Below, piece by piece: positions 39,601 through 50,753 of a stretch of 64,000 bases of DNA. Below the pieces are notes generated by a model. That model was not told the origin of the DNA. It saw only the letters and a list, made by a program, of their open reading frames with translations, and searched no databases. Each line of letters opens with the position of its first letter. The first letter of the stretch is position 1. The stretch spans positions 13,456,001-13,520,000 of the forward strand of contig CM052832.1 in assembly GCA_028534125.1 (NCBI GenBank). Reading direction: 5' to 3'. This stretch comes from Lama glama (taxonomy: Eukaryota). Both the position numbers and the translations under genes were made by a program.

Positions 39601-42600
39601 GAGCTATGAAGGCAATGCAGGCCCTAGGACCACTTGCAGGACCCGGCCTGAGGTCACAAGGGAGTAAGTCTGGGAGGAGGTGGTGCAACCTCCAGGGAAA
39701 ACTCAGGGGATTTTGAAAGGAGGCAGTTTAGAGATGGTCACCAGCACAGCCTCATTCGATGACAGAGAAACTGAGACTCCACTAATGATCAGACAGGGCC
39801 TCACACACAGGACTTAGTTCTTGGTCCTGAGTCTCCTCACTTTCCAGGAACTTATTTCTGGAAAAAAGCTGTGAACTTCCCACTGTTGGATGTAGAGAGA
39901 CTGATATATCTTTGTGTTTTGAAACTGACTTTCAAAGTTCCTAGTTGCGACTAAGCCACAGGAAGAGATATACAGCACCACCCCTGACTTTCAGGTGTCA
40001 CAGGCAGAGGAATGACACCTCTCGGCAACCCCCTGGTGATGTAAAAGGGGAAAGAGCCCCTGGGGAGCTCCAGCAGATCTTCTGTGCCCCTGCTCAAGTT
40101 CATGTCCTTCACTTACAAGAGAGTCTCTGGGCTCTTATTTTAATAGATACAATTCTAGCAAGCGTGGATTCCTGGTATCCTAGACCAGGGTGTCTCAAAT
40201 TTTCATGGGCACATGAATCCCCTGGGAGCTTTATGGAAATGCAGGTTCTGATTCAGTAGGTCTGGGTGGGGCCTGAGATTCTGCATCTCTAGTAAACTCC
40301 TGGGTGTTGCTATGGCTGCTGGAAATGCATCCAAGGACCACATCTTACGCAGCTGTCCTAACAATGATTTTCAAAGTGTTGGTCAAGACTCTCTGAGGAG
40401 GTGAAAACAATTTAGTGAGTGAAGGTAAGTATTTTTAAAAAATGAAACAGGATATATCAGAGTACATCATAAACAGTCAAAGTAGCTGTGATTTCATAAT
40501 TAACTTGTTTTGGCTATTTATATATACATGGGTGTGTGTCATGACATAAAATGTAATTTTTACTGTGGATTGAGGTCAGAGTGGTCTGAGAAATGCTGCT
40601 CTAGATCATGGCATATTAGAAGCAGTAAGATGGATGCAGGTGTAAAAGAGAGAGGTGAGGTGGAGTGGGGAGGGTAGAGACCAGAAGTAAATGTTCTGGA
40701 AGCAGTGTTGACAGTGATGTCGTTACCTGAAAATGAAAGGGAATGTGGCGAGCAACAAACAAAAGGGAGTTTCCCCAAACTAACAATCTGAGAACAAAGA
40801 GCCTCCCTGTCCCCAAACTCAGGGGCAGGGCTAGACAGTGTGCATCTTTGTGCAAATGGAAATGACCTCTTGTTTGGGAAGAAGCCAAGACAATCCTTGG
40901 CTGGGTTTCACCCACACTGTCCCAGGCCTCCCTACCATGGTGCCCTTGTGTATGTGTTGGCTCTGCTCCCATAACTGGTGATGACCATAAAGCTGAGTGT
41001 GATTACCAAGCAAAGCAATATTAGCTCTGGAAATGGGGGTGACAGAGTGCTGACTTCTCAGGGAGACACCTGAGCCTTCCCACTGTGTCCTGGACAGGCC
41101 GCTGTCCCTGCCGGGAGCTCTGTTTGTATCAGTCCAAAAGTTGGCAGCCGGCCAGGCTGGAAATCCCCAGTGCGCAGGCCCCCAGAGCAGAGAGAGTAAG
41201 GTGTTATCTTCCTGGAATCTTGAGAGAAAAAGATGGTTGATGTGAAGAAACTGAAAATATAGTGGGTTGTTGCCAAGAGAGGGAGAAGCCATGGGCTGGT
41301 CTGCAAGTGAGGCCTCAAAGATTTGGTTAGATTGGTGAAGGGAGATCTGGTTAGGCTCACCTGTCACTAGATTAGAGAGACATCTTGGGGGACCTGACAC
41401 CTTAACACTCGCCAGCATCAGTTGAGCTCCCAGGTGTGCTAGGCCCTGTGCCAAGCATTTCACATGTGTTCCCTCCAACATTAAAAGCTCTTTTTGTCTC
41501 AGAAAGCACACACCACATGCCAGACACTGGCCTTTAAATGGACTATCTTATAGGATCCTCATGACTGTCCTGTGTGACTGGTACTATTTTTATCATCGAC
41601 CTCACTTTGGAGACAAGGAAACTGAGACAATCATTTAAGTCCCAACATTTACAGCTGGCCTGGCACCATCATTAGTAGTTTTTGTTGTTGTATGTTTTCA
41701 CTTTTACTTTTTTTTGAGGTATAACTTATGTACAGTCCAGTATACATATCTTAAGTGTATGGCTCCACGAGTTTTTATGCATGTGTACACCTGTGTAGCC
41801 ACCACACAGATCAAGATTTAGGCCATTTCCAACACCCCAGAAAGTTCCCTTGTGCCTCTTCCCAGTCAATTTTCCTCCAGAGGGCCACCACTACTGTGAT
41901 TTCTCTCCCTAGATTAGCGCTGTCTGTTCTCGATCATATTTCTGTATCTGACTTCTTCCTTCAGTGTAGCATCTTTGAGCTTCATTCACGTGTTATGAGT
42001 TGAAGTCGTTTGTACTTTCTGGTTTATTGCCAGCCAGCATTCCATTGCACAGAAACACTGCAATCAGATTGTCCATTCTCTGGCTGATGGATCTTTGGGA
42101 TGGTTCCAGTCCTTTTCTATTGTGATCAGAGTCGCTGTGGACACTAACATGCATGTCTTCTGGTGGATGCGTTCACCATGTCTCTTAGGTCTTTACTTGG
42201 GGGTGGAAAGTCTGTATGGTATATGGCCTAGGCGTCTAAATTTTCCACGACGTCTAAGCCCAGCAGCCCAGAGTGGCAGAGTTATTATCTCATTTAACAG
42301 AGTGGGAAATTGAGGCTAAGAGAGGATGAGTGGCTTCTGTGAAGTGACTTGACGGGTAAGGGGCTGAGCTGGAACCTGGACTCTGAGCTTGGAGATTTGG
42401 CCCCAAGCTAGGTGGCTGATCCAGTGAGTGGCAACTGGTGTGAGGGGCCTTGACCCACTGCTGGTTTGATGGAACCTTAGTGGCTGAGCCAGTGCTTGGA
42501 TTCTGGTCCTTTCCTGGGGTTCAAGTCCTATTGGAAAAGCCTTTTGACCTTAACATTCTTTGAAGACACAGGAACAAAAAAAGGCCCTTTTCTTTATCAC

Positions 42601-43319
42601 TGTATTACAGATACTGACTGCAATGGGATGAAGGGTGAGAGTAGAAGTAAGCACAAGGAAATGAAAGAAAAACCGAATTACACTTCAGGAAAATGACAGG
42701 TTTCGAAGTTTCAGGTGTTACTGGGGGCTGTGTGTGACCTCAGGGTCCTTCAGAGACAGCTGGGAAGTCCCCCGCCCACCTCTCTGGACCTGGGAGCAGG
42801 ACCACATCTGTGGCTGATTATGTCTGCAAAATTCAAGGTTTTTCCCTCTCAGTGTAGTTTTTGTGTTTTCATGGAGGCAGAACAGCCAGAGAGGTGTGGA
42901 ATCCATCTACATTCTCTGGCCAAACTCAGGAAAACAGACCCCTCTGACTCAGGAATTGTAGTTTTGAATTTTCCTGGCTGATATGCTCAAATATCATGGA
43001 TTAGGAAACCATGTACAAAAATGCAGTTGGCATTTGATCCCCAGAGTCCGGGAAGTCTTGGCTGGCTGCCTCCTGAATGTCACCATCGTGCAGTGTCCGA
43101 GTTTGACACCATACAGCTTTTTGTGTCGCACTTCTGTATCACCGGGCTGATCTCCCACGAAGGCTCTAAATCCCTATTTTCACCCGCAATGCATCCTCTT
43201 CCCTGCATTCGTGCCAGGTATAGGTATTATCATTAAAATGACACCTCATTCTTCTCTGTGCCTTTCCCTGACTACAGAGGTGTCCTGCCACATGTTTATT
43301 AGTGGATCTGCTTTCCCGC

Positions 43320-43545
43320 AGAGCTTCTCAACTGGCAGAGGCTTTTCTCCCCTTCCCCAGGGACATGTGGCAATATCTGCAGATACTTTTGGTTGTCACA
43401 ACTTGTGAATGGGGGAGGGGTGCTGCTGGCATCCAGAGGGAAGAGGCCAGGGATGCTGCCAGACATCTTACAAAGCTCAGGACAGCGCCCACAGGAAGGG
43501 ACTGTCAGGTTCAAAGGGTCGATAGTGCTGAGGCTGAGAAATCCT
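43320..43545. mobile_element. MER20 hAT transposon
   Basis: ggcaatatctgcagatacttttggttgtcacaac...gctgaggctgagaaatcctg. Confidence 0.8.
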
Positions 43546-44829
43546 GCTGCATTGTGAACTGCTGGTAAAGTTTTTTTGGTCTTCTTAAAAAAAAATCAAT
43601 TTGGAGATGTTTTTGACCTATGACAGGCATTAGCCCTTTATCTGTCATCTGCAATGCAAGTGTTTCCCTGAAATCCAGCCTCTTTTAGTTTTGTTTATGG
43701 TATCTTTTGACATATATACAAAAATTAATGTCAAATGTGTGTTTCGTTTTTATTACAACCTTTGTGTTTCCTGTCACAGTTGAGGTTTCTGCTACCCTTG
43801 TTCAGTGCATACAGTGTCCTATTACCACTTTTATTAGGGTTTCTATTGTTCTATTCATCAGGCTTTAATCCATCTGGAATTGATTTTTGTGACTGATGGG
43901 AGGTGAGGGTCCAAATATAGATTTTCCAGGTAGAAAGCCAGCTGTGGTTTTATCATATCTTCCATTAACTTTCCTGTCCCACTGAATTAACTCCACACAC
44001 ACACCTGGGCCCTCTCTTCTTTTCCAGTAGTACTTGTCAATCTTAGGTTAATGCCATCAAATCTCAATTATATGGCTTTGTGTATATGTAGTACAATAAA
44101 GGCCAACTGTGATGAAGAGGGGTATGGGATCCTCCCCTGTCCCCAGGGTTGTCCCCTGAGCAAACCCAGATCTGAGCTGGCACAACAAAGTGAAAAAGTA
44201 CAGCAACAAGACAGACCTGGTTCTGGGCCTGGCTGCACCCCATGATACCTAATGACCTCGAGCTAGTCACAACTTCTGTGAGCCTGTTTCCTCATTTGGA
44301 AAACAGTGACAATAACATTTCTTTCGTAGGACTGTTTGGTCATTCATCAGTCATTCAACATGTATTTACTGAGCACCTACTATGGTCCAGGCACTGTCCT
44401 AGGTGCTGAATACACACACCACTGTACCCAGCACACCTAGCCAAGTGCCTGGTACATAGTAGGTCTACATTAAACATTTGTTATATGAATAGTTGGCAAA
44501 TGGGCATTGGGGGGTGGGCAAAGGGGGTACTAAAAATAAGTGAATATATACGTAATGCATACATAATGATAAACATACAATTATATCAAATGTAAGGCAT
44601 AACTGCAAAGAAAGTAAGGTGACAAAAGGAAAAGAACAGGACAGAGAAAATGACTGGTGGTGGGGAGAAGGACAGGAGAGCATCTGCTCAGCCGAAGCAT
44701 TCAGGGTGGGCTTCTCTGAGGAGCTGACATTCAAACAAAGGCCTGAGTAGGAGGATGAGAGATTGATGTGGGGAGAGCCCTGGCCCCGGCCCCGTGCCTG
44801 CCCCCATGCCCGCATCCTTGTGGTTGCAG

Positions 44830-44994
44830 GCATCCAGCCTGTGCTCTGGAGCAGGGAGGACGTGCTGCACTGGCTGCGCTGGGCCGAGCAGGAGTACTCT
44901 CTGCAGCACACGGGGGAGCATGGCTTTGAAATGAATGGCCGAGCCCTGTGCATCCTCACCAAGGACGACTTCCGGCTCCGCGCCCCAGGTTCAG
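44830..44994 (+). CDS. ETV7: ETV7 exon 3, PNT/SAM domain
   Basis: IQPVLWSREDVLHWLRWAEQEYSL...FEMNGRALCILTKDDFR; 165 nt; AG/GT boundaries. Confidence 0.97.
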
Positions 44995-45338
44995 GTCAGG
45001 GACACTCACTGGCTTCTTGATGCAAACCCAGGTGGGCCCCGGGAGGGAGATGAAGGGGGTATTGGTGGGAGGCTCATGCTCCCAGCCCCAAAGACGCCCC
45101 TCTTTCCATACATGTTTGCCTGGTGGTTCCCAGCTAGAGCAAAGGAGTCTGTTGTTGGCTGTTGTTTTTCAGAGCCCCAGGAGTCAGTCCTGCTCCCTCA
45201 CTCTCACCTCCACATTTCCACCCTATGGTCTCACATCTCCATCAGCACCAAGCTTGTGACAGCACATGCCAGGCCTCATCTGAGAGGCAGGTGACCACCG
45301 GGCCTGGTCAGCAGCCTGCTCTCCTGTCCCACCCCCAG

Positions 45339-45464
45339 GTGACGTTCTGTATGAGCTACTCCAGTTCATCAAGACCCAGCGGCGAGCCCTGGTGTGTGGG
45401 CCATTTTTCGGGGGGGCCTTCAGGCAGACAGCGCTCACTCAGCCCTGCTCCTGCTCCCTGGAAG
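45339..45464 (+). CDS. ETV7: ETV7 exon 4 (GDVLYELLQFIKTQRRALVCGPFFGG...)
   Basis: 126 nt, ccccag acceptor, G|gtgagg donor; end of PNT domain. Confidence 0.96.
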
Positions 45465-45849
45465 GTGAGGAGGCTCTTCTAGGGGCGCTGAGACCCTCCC
45501 CCAGATGGACCTCATCAGGAGGGCAGGGCTTCCTCCAGGCAAAGTGATAAAAGAGGCAGCAGTGTGGGCCAAGCTCCTCATCTGGCTCTGCCCTGCCTCC
45601 CCAGCCCTCACCTCCTGCCCTCTGGGACTGTCCTTGGTGCTGTGGTGGCTCTCTGGCCCTCTTGCCTCTCCTCTCCTCCCCAGCAAAGAGTTGTTTGTGT
45701 GGCATCTCTGTCTCTTCTCCTTATGTCTCCATGGAAACCGCTCTTGTCAGGGTCTCCAGGGACCTGCACACGGGGCTGTCCATGTCACTCGCAGTCCTTA
45801 CTCACTGCTGCAAGCTTCCAATTGCTTGGGCCAGAACGCTGGATGACAT

Positions 45850-46615
45850 CTTTGATTGCTTTCTCTCTCACCCTTATCCCAACTGTAAACCAATCCTGTT
45901 GGCTCTATCTTCAAGATCTACCCAGAATCCAACCACTTCACATACCTGTACTGCTGCCTAGAGTCCAGCCCCTGCCACCTTTGGAGAACCTCCTCACTGG
46001 CCTCCTTGCTTCTGCCCTTGATCTCCTATGATCTATTTCCAACAGAGCCACCAGAGTTTCATAAGTCAGGTCATGTCACTTCTCTGCTCAAAATCTTCCA
46101 GTGGCTCCCATCTCACCTGTTAAAGCCACAGTCCTTACCCCACCCTCTGCTGTCCTCTCCCACTCCTCTCTCTCTTGCTTATACTGCTCCAGCCACATTG
46201 GCCTCCTTGCTCATTGAACAAGTCAGACAGAGATGCCCCTGCCTCCAGACCTTTGCACTTGCTGTTCCCTCTGCCTGGCATTTTCTTCTCCACATACCCA
46301 CACAGCTCACTCCTCTGCCTCTTCAGGTGTCTGTTCAAATGTTAACATGTCGTTGAAGCCTTCTCTGACCAACATCCACCTGTGCCTTTCCCAGAATTCT
46401 CTATTTGCCTTGTAGTGTTTTATTCACTCCCCCATATTGTATACTGTTTCTATTTCATTTTTTAATTTTAATCATGTCTCCCTTCCCCACCCCAGTAGAA
46501 TATAAGCTCCATGAGGGCAGAAGCTTTTTTGAGTTCAGTGATGTGTCCTCAAGATTCTTAGAATAATGCCTGGCTCATAGAAGGTCCTCCACAAATATTT
46601 ATTGGGTGGATGGAG
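45850..46615 (+). mobile_element. L2 LINE 3' fragment in ETV7 intron 4
   Basis: tcctgttggctctatcttcaa; tttgcacttgctgttccctctgcctgg; taagctccatgagggcag. Confidence 0.75.
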
Positions 46616-46905
46616 GGGGTACCTGGGTTCTGGACCTGGCTCTGCCACCTTTGGCTTTGTGAACAATTTTACAGATGAGGGAGCAGGTTTGAGAGACTAA
46701 GTTACTTGTCTGGGAGCTGGGGTTAGCATCTGACCTATCTGGCCTCACCCACCCCCTCCTCTGTCTCCCTGATCTTCTAACCCCAGCCTGAGTCCCGGGA
46801 GAACACTAGGAGCACAGCGGCATGGGGCTCTGGCATGTCACTGAGGGGGTCTGTACTAGGGGACGCTTTGGACCCAAAGAATGAACTGTTCTCATCTGCT
46901 TGCAG

Positions 46906-47136
46906 AGAGCATCAGGCCCCTGCAGGTGACCCCCAAAAGAGGCCTCCTGCTGCAGCCACCAGACCCGGGGCTTGGCAGCTCCTTGAGCCATCGGAATGGC
47001 CCTGACCCAGCCAGCTGGCCCCTCAGCAGGGAGGAGTCCCTCAATTTATCTCACTGGGCGGAGCTCGGCTGCAGGGCTGAGGGAGTCTGCTCCTTCCCCA
47101 GGACGCCCCAGGCCCCCATCGATGGTAGGATTGCCG
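46906..47136 (+). CDS. ETV7: ETV7 exon 5, linker (...LLQPPDPGL...PQAPIDGRIA)
   Basis: 231 nt, tgcag acceptor, G|gtgagt donor; open frame homologous to human. Confidence 0.95.
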
Positions 47137-47388
47137 GTGAGTAGGAGGCTGTGCTCCCCTGGCCTAGAGAGAGATGGGTTGTTTTGATCTGGAGGATGAG
47201 AGGGTCTGTGCCTGGTGGTGAGGGTGTGGGGTGACCATTCTGTGTGCTGGCCACAGTCTGGCCACAGCGGGCAGTGAGTGCTGCCGAGATCACCAAGCCC
47301 ACCTACCCTGTGTCCAGGGCAAGGACGATTTACCAGTCATAGTCAGATTGGACTGGAGTATCTCCCCTTCCTTTTTAGAACCTTATTT

Positions 47389-47560
47389 TTATTTTTATTT
47401 TATTCTATTTTGTTTTATTTATTTGTTTGTTTGTTTATTTTTTTGGCCAGGGGAGGTAATTAGGTTTACTTATTTATTTTTGGAGGAGGTGCTGGGGATT
47501 GAACCCAGGACCTCGAACCCGCTAAGCATGTGCTCTACCACTTGAGCTACACCCCCCACC
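47389..47560 (-). mobile_element. tRNA-derived SINE (camelid Vic-1-like) in ETV7 intron 5
   Basis: Reverse complement GGTGTAGCTCAAGTGGTAGAGC (A box)...GGTTCAATCCCC (B box), A-rich tail, flanking CCTTATTT duplication. Confidence 0.85.
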
Positions 47561-48727
47561 CCTTATTTAGTTAATAAGAATCTTATTTTTAAATAGTTGA
47601 GTGCTTACTATGTACCAGGCATGGTTCTAAAGCTTTTATTTAATCCCACAACAGCCCTTGAGGTTGGAATTATTAGCCCCATTTTACAGATAAGGAAAAT
47701 GAGGCACAGAGAGGTTAAGTGACCCTCCCATGATCACACAGCAGTAAGTAGCAGAAATGAAGTGTGAATCCAGGCAATCTGGTTCTAGGGCCCGAGATCT
47801 AACCAGGTGATACTATTCTCCACATTCACTGTTAAAGGACTAACAGACAGGCAGCCAGACTGACTGACAGATAAGCTGCCTGCCTTCCCAAAATGTGTTT
47901 TCTAGTCATGGGGGGTGGGGAGGCACTTCATTTATTCCAAGACACCACAGAGGGGGCAGAATCCTAGCTCCTGGGTTGGAAATGACTGGAAATCACTGAA
48001 ACACAATTATTTTAAATATAATGTTTTAAATATAATGTTTACCATTCTTTAAACCTTTACTCTGTACCAGGCAGAGGTACTGCCTGTGCTAAGGGTTTTT
48101 TGGTCTATTATGTTACTTAATTCTCATATCACCCCATATGAGGAAACTGTGGCTTGGCAACCAGACAGCCCAGATAGGACTTAAGATCTTGCTTCCAGGC
48201 TCCCTCTGCCACTTGCCCTCCATAATAGCACATGTGATTTTCCCTAACCTCCTGCTAGGGGGCAGGATAGGATGAATGCTACAATCCTGATTTAACAGAG
48301 ATCCAGGAGACTCTGCTAGAGGCAGAGAGGGACTTGGAGGCAGGGCTCTGGCCACCAGCCACTGGCCAGCACCCCTGCCACCTGCCCCCAAGCAAAGGGC
48401 ATTGGCTTTTGTGCCTGCAGAGCTGGGTTAGACGCCCTGCTCTGCCTGCCACTCAGGAGCCTGGTGACTGGGACATGTCCACACCTCTCTGAGCCCACTT
48501 CCTCAGCCCTTCCTGGGGGTAAAGGTAGCCACCTCCTGGAGTTAGGATTATTGAATGAGACAGTGAGCAATGAGTCCCCACATGTGACTGCTTCTGTTAG
48601 TACCGTTCTCTTGGCCATCCTGCTACACTCCTGGGCCCCAGCTTCAAGAGCCCAGAGTGCCTTTCTCATGCGTATCCTTATAGCTCCAGGAAAGTGCCCT
48701 GTCTGCACCCCCTGTGCCCTACTGCAG

Positions 48728-48870
48728 ACTGCCGGCTGCTGTGGGATTACGTGTACCAGCTGCTCTCTGACACCAGGTACGAGCCCTACATCAAGTGGGA
48801 AGACAAGAACGCCAAGATCTTCCGAGTTGTGGATCCGAATGGGCTCGCCAGACTCTGGGGAAATCACAAG
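48728..48870 (+). CDS. ETV7: ETV7 exon 6, ETS domain N-half
   Basis: [48 protein letters not shown]; 143 nt. Confidence 0.98.
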
Positions 48871-50420
48871 GTGAGCCTCAGCCAGCTGGCAGGATGGTTT
48901 CAACATACCCAGGAGAGGACAGGGCACGGGCCAGAGTGGATCTCTCAGTACTAGGGGACAGGCCTCAACTGATTGCGGGCTTCACCAGCAGCCCCAGAAG
49001 TATTGGGATCCTCTTATTTGGAGAGATCCCAAGGGACAGGCAGTTACTTCTTGAAGATGGGGACTGTCTCTGGAATTTAGTAATCTTGCCCTCTAATTTC
49101 TTAATCCCTCCTTTGTTTAGCAGTTGAGGCTTTCAAAGAGCGTTTACATGAATCATACATCGCATGCTGTTAAGCCAGATGAGGATGCTGGGTCCCTGGA
49201 GGAAGCTAGGACACAAACCCAGGTCTCACACCCCGTGGGATCATTGGGTATCAGGGCTGGAAAGGCCTGGGGACGACTGAGGACAGCATTCCCAACGTGA
49301 GGAATGCCCATGGGTACCTGCTAGGGGATTTTAGGTGGTTTGCTCCAAATTTGAAGAACTAAGTATTTATTTTAGTAAGAATTACGATTATAAAATTCAA
49401 CTGCCTTGTCAATCTCATGATTTACAGCAGTGATATAAAGCCAGTGTCCTAGTCTATAAATAAATTCATTTCCTAAAATGGCACAGCATCTTATTGCCAA
49501 GCACTGCTCTGAGGGCTTTACCCACATTAACTCATTTAATCCTCACAACCACCTCAGGAGGAGGATATTATGAGATGGGGAAACTGAGGCACAGAGAGCT
49601 TTATCAACTTGTCAGAGTTTGCAGTCAGCAAGTGGCAGAACAGAGACTTGAATCCAGCTCTGGACCACACTCTATTTTGTGTCTTCTCCCTAGTGCTGCT
49701 GGCTGGAAAGATGCAAATGACTACAGTCGGGGCAACCTTATCTGGAGGGAGGGAAACTTGAGGCCCAGGGAGTAGCAATTCCATTTAATGAGCACAGACT
49801 ATGTGCAGAGCACCGTGCTAAGTGCTCTCATGGATTAGCTAGTTTAATCCTCACAACAAATCTGTGAGATGGGTGTTTTTATCTTCATTTTACAGCTGGG
49901 GCAACAGATTCAGAGAGGTAAAGAAACTTATCGAGGGTCACACAGCTGCTAAATGGGGGAGCTGGGGCTTTAAGTGACACCAAAGCCCAGCCTCTTTGCC
50001 CCTACTCTGCACTGGCCCCCTCAGAGAGGAAAAAATGACTTGGTCAAAGTCACACAGCTGGTGGCAAGGCCCTCGTGCCACCCCACCACGCTGTCTCTCC
50101 CACGAAATACGTATTTATTTGCTACTACTTGTGACGATTCGCTATTCACTATTTAAAAGCAACAATGCATTTCACTCCTGCCCCCAATGGGTCACAGCCA
50201 GGTAGGTGGCAGAACCATCCCATTATTTCTCCCCCAGCTCTTCCCCTGCCTTTCTCCTTCCAAACATATGAGAGAGCTCTCATGTGTCCTAATAGAACCT
50301 TGGGCTGAGTGACTTAGGAAACCATCCAGTCCAACCTGCTCCCTTCCAGGTGTGAAAACGAAGGACTAGAAGAAGCAGGATGGGAAACCGGGGGTAATGT
50401 GGGGCTGCTCTGTCTTCCAG

Positions 50421-50521
50421 AACCGGGTGAACATGACCTACGAGAAGATGTCACGTGCCCTGCGCCACTACTATAAGCTGAACATCATTAAGAAGGAACC
50501 TGGGCAGAAACTCCTGTTCAG
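50421..50521 (+). CDS. ETV7: ETV7 exon 7, ETS domain C-half
   Basis: [34 protein letters not shown]; 101 nt; ttccag acceptor, gtgagt donor. Confidence 0.98.
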
Positions 50522-50635
50522 GTGAGTGGCCTAAGGGCCAAGGTGCAGAAAAGGAGTAGGGCTGGGGGGGGGGGGGGTGGAAAGCCCTCTGCGGCTGGGG
50601 CAGGGTCTGATTTGCTGCTGGGACCTGAATTCCAG

Positions 50636-50753
50636 ATTTCTGAAGACACCTGGGAAGATCATCCAGGACAAAGGCAGCAGCAGGGAGCAGCTGGAGGGCC
50701 AGGAGCAGGACAGGGTGGATTTCAAGGAGGAGATATTGGAAGTCTCTCAGTGA
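50636..50753 (+). CDS. ETV7: ETV7 exon 8 (FLKTPGKIIQDK...EILEVSQ*); total CDS 1026 nt, 341 aa
   Basis: Phase-2 acceptor ttccag; TGA at 50751-50753; length equals human ETV7 as recalled. Confidence 0.95.

Noticed and set aside
40831..41511. 226-aa minus-strand ORF in ETV7 intron 2
   Set aside because: Begins in MIR-like sequence at a non-ATG codon; no domain or exon signals.
47485..47560. tRNA-like sequence
   Set aside because: SINE head with A-rich tail and TSD, not a tRNA gene; same for 63300-63365.
48316..48927. 203-aa minus-strand ORF
   Set aside because: Antisense shadow of ETV7 exon 6.
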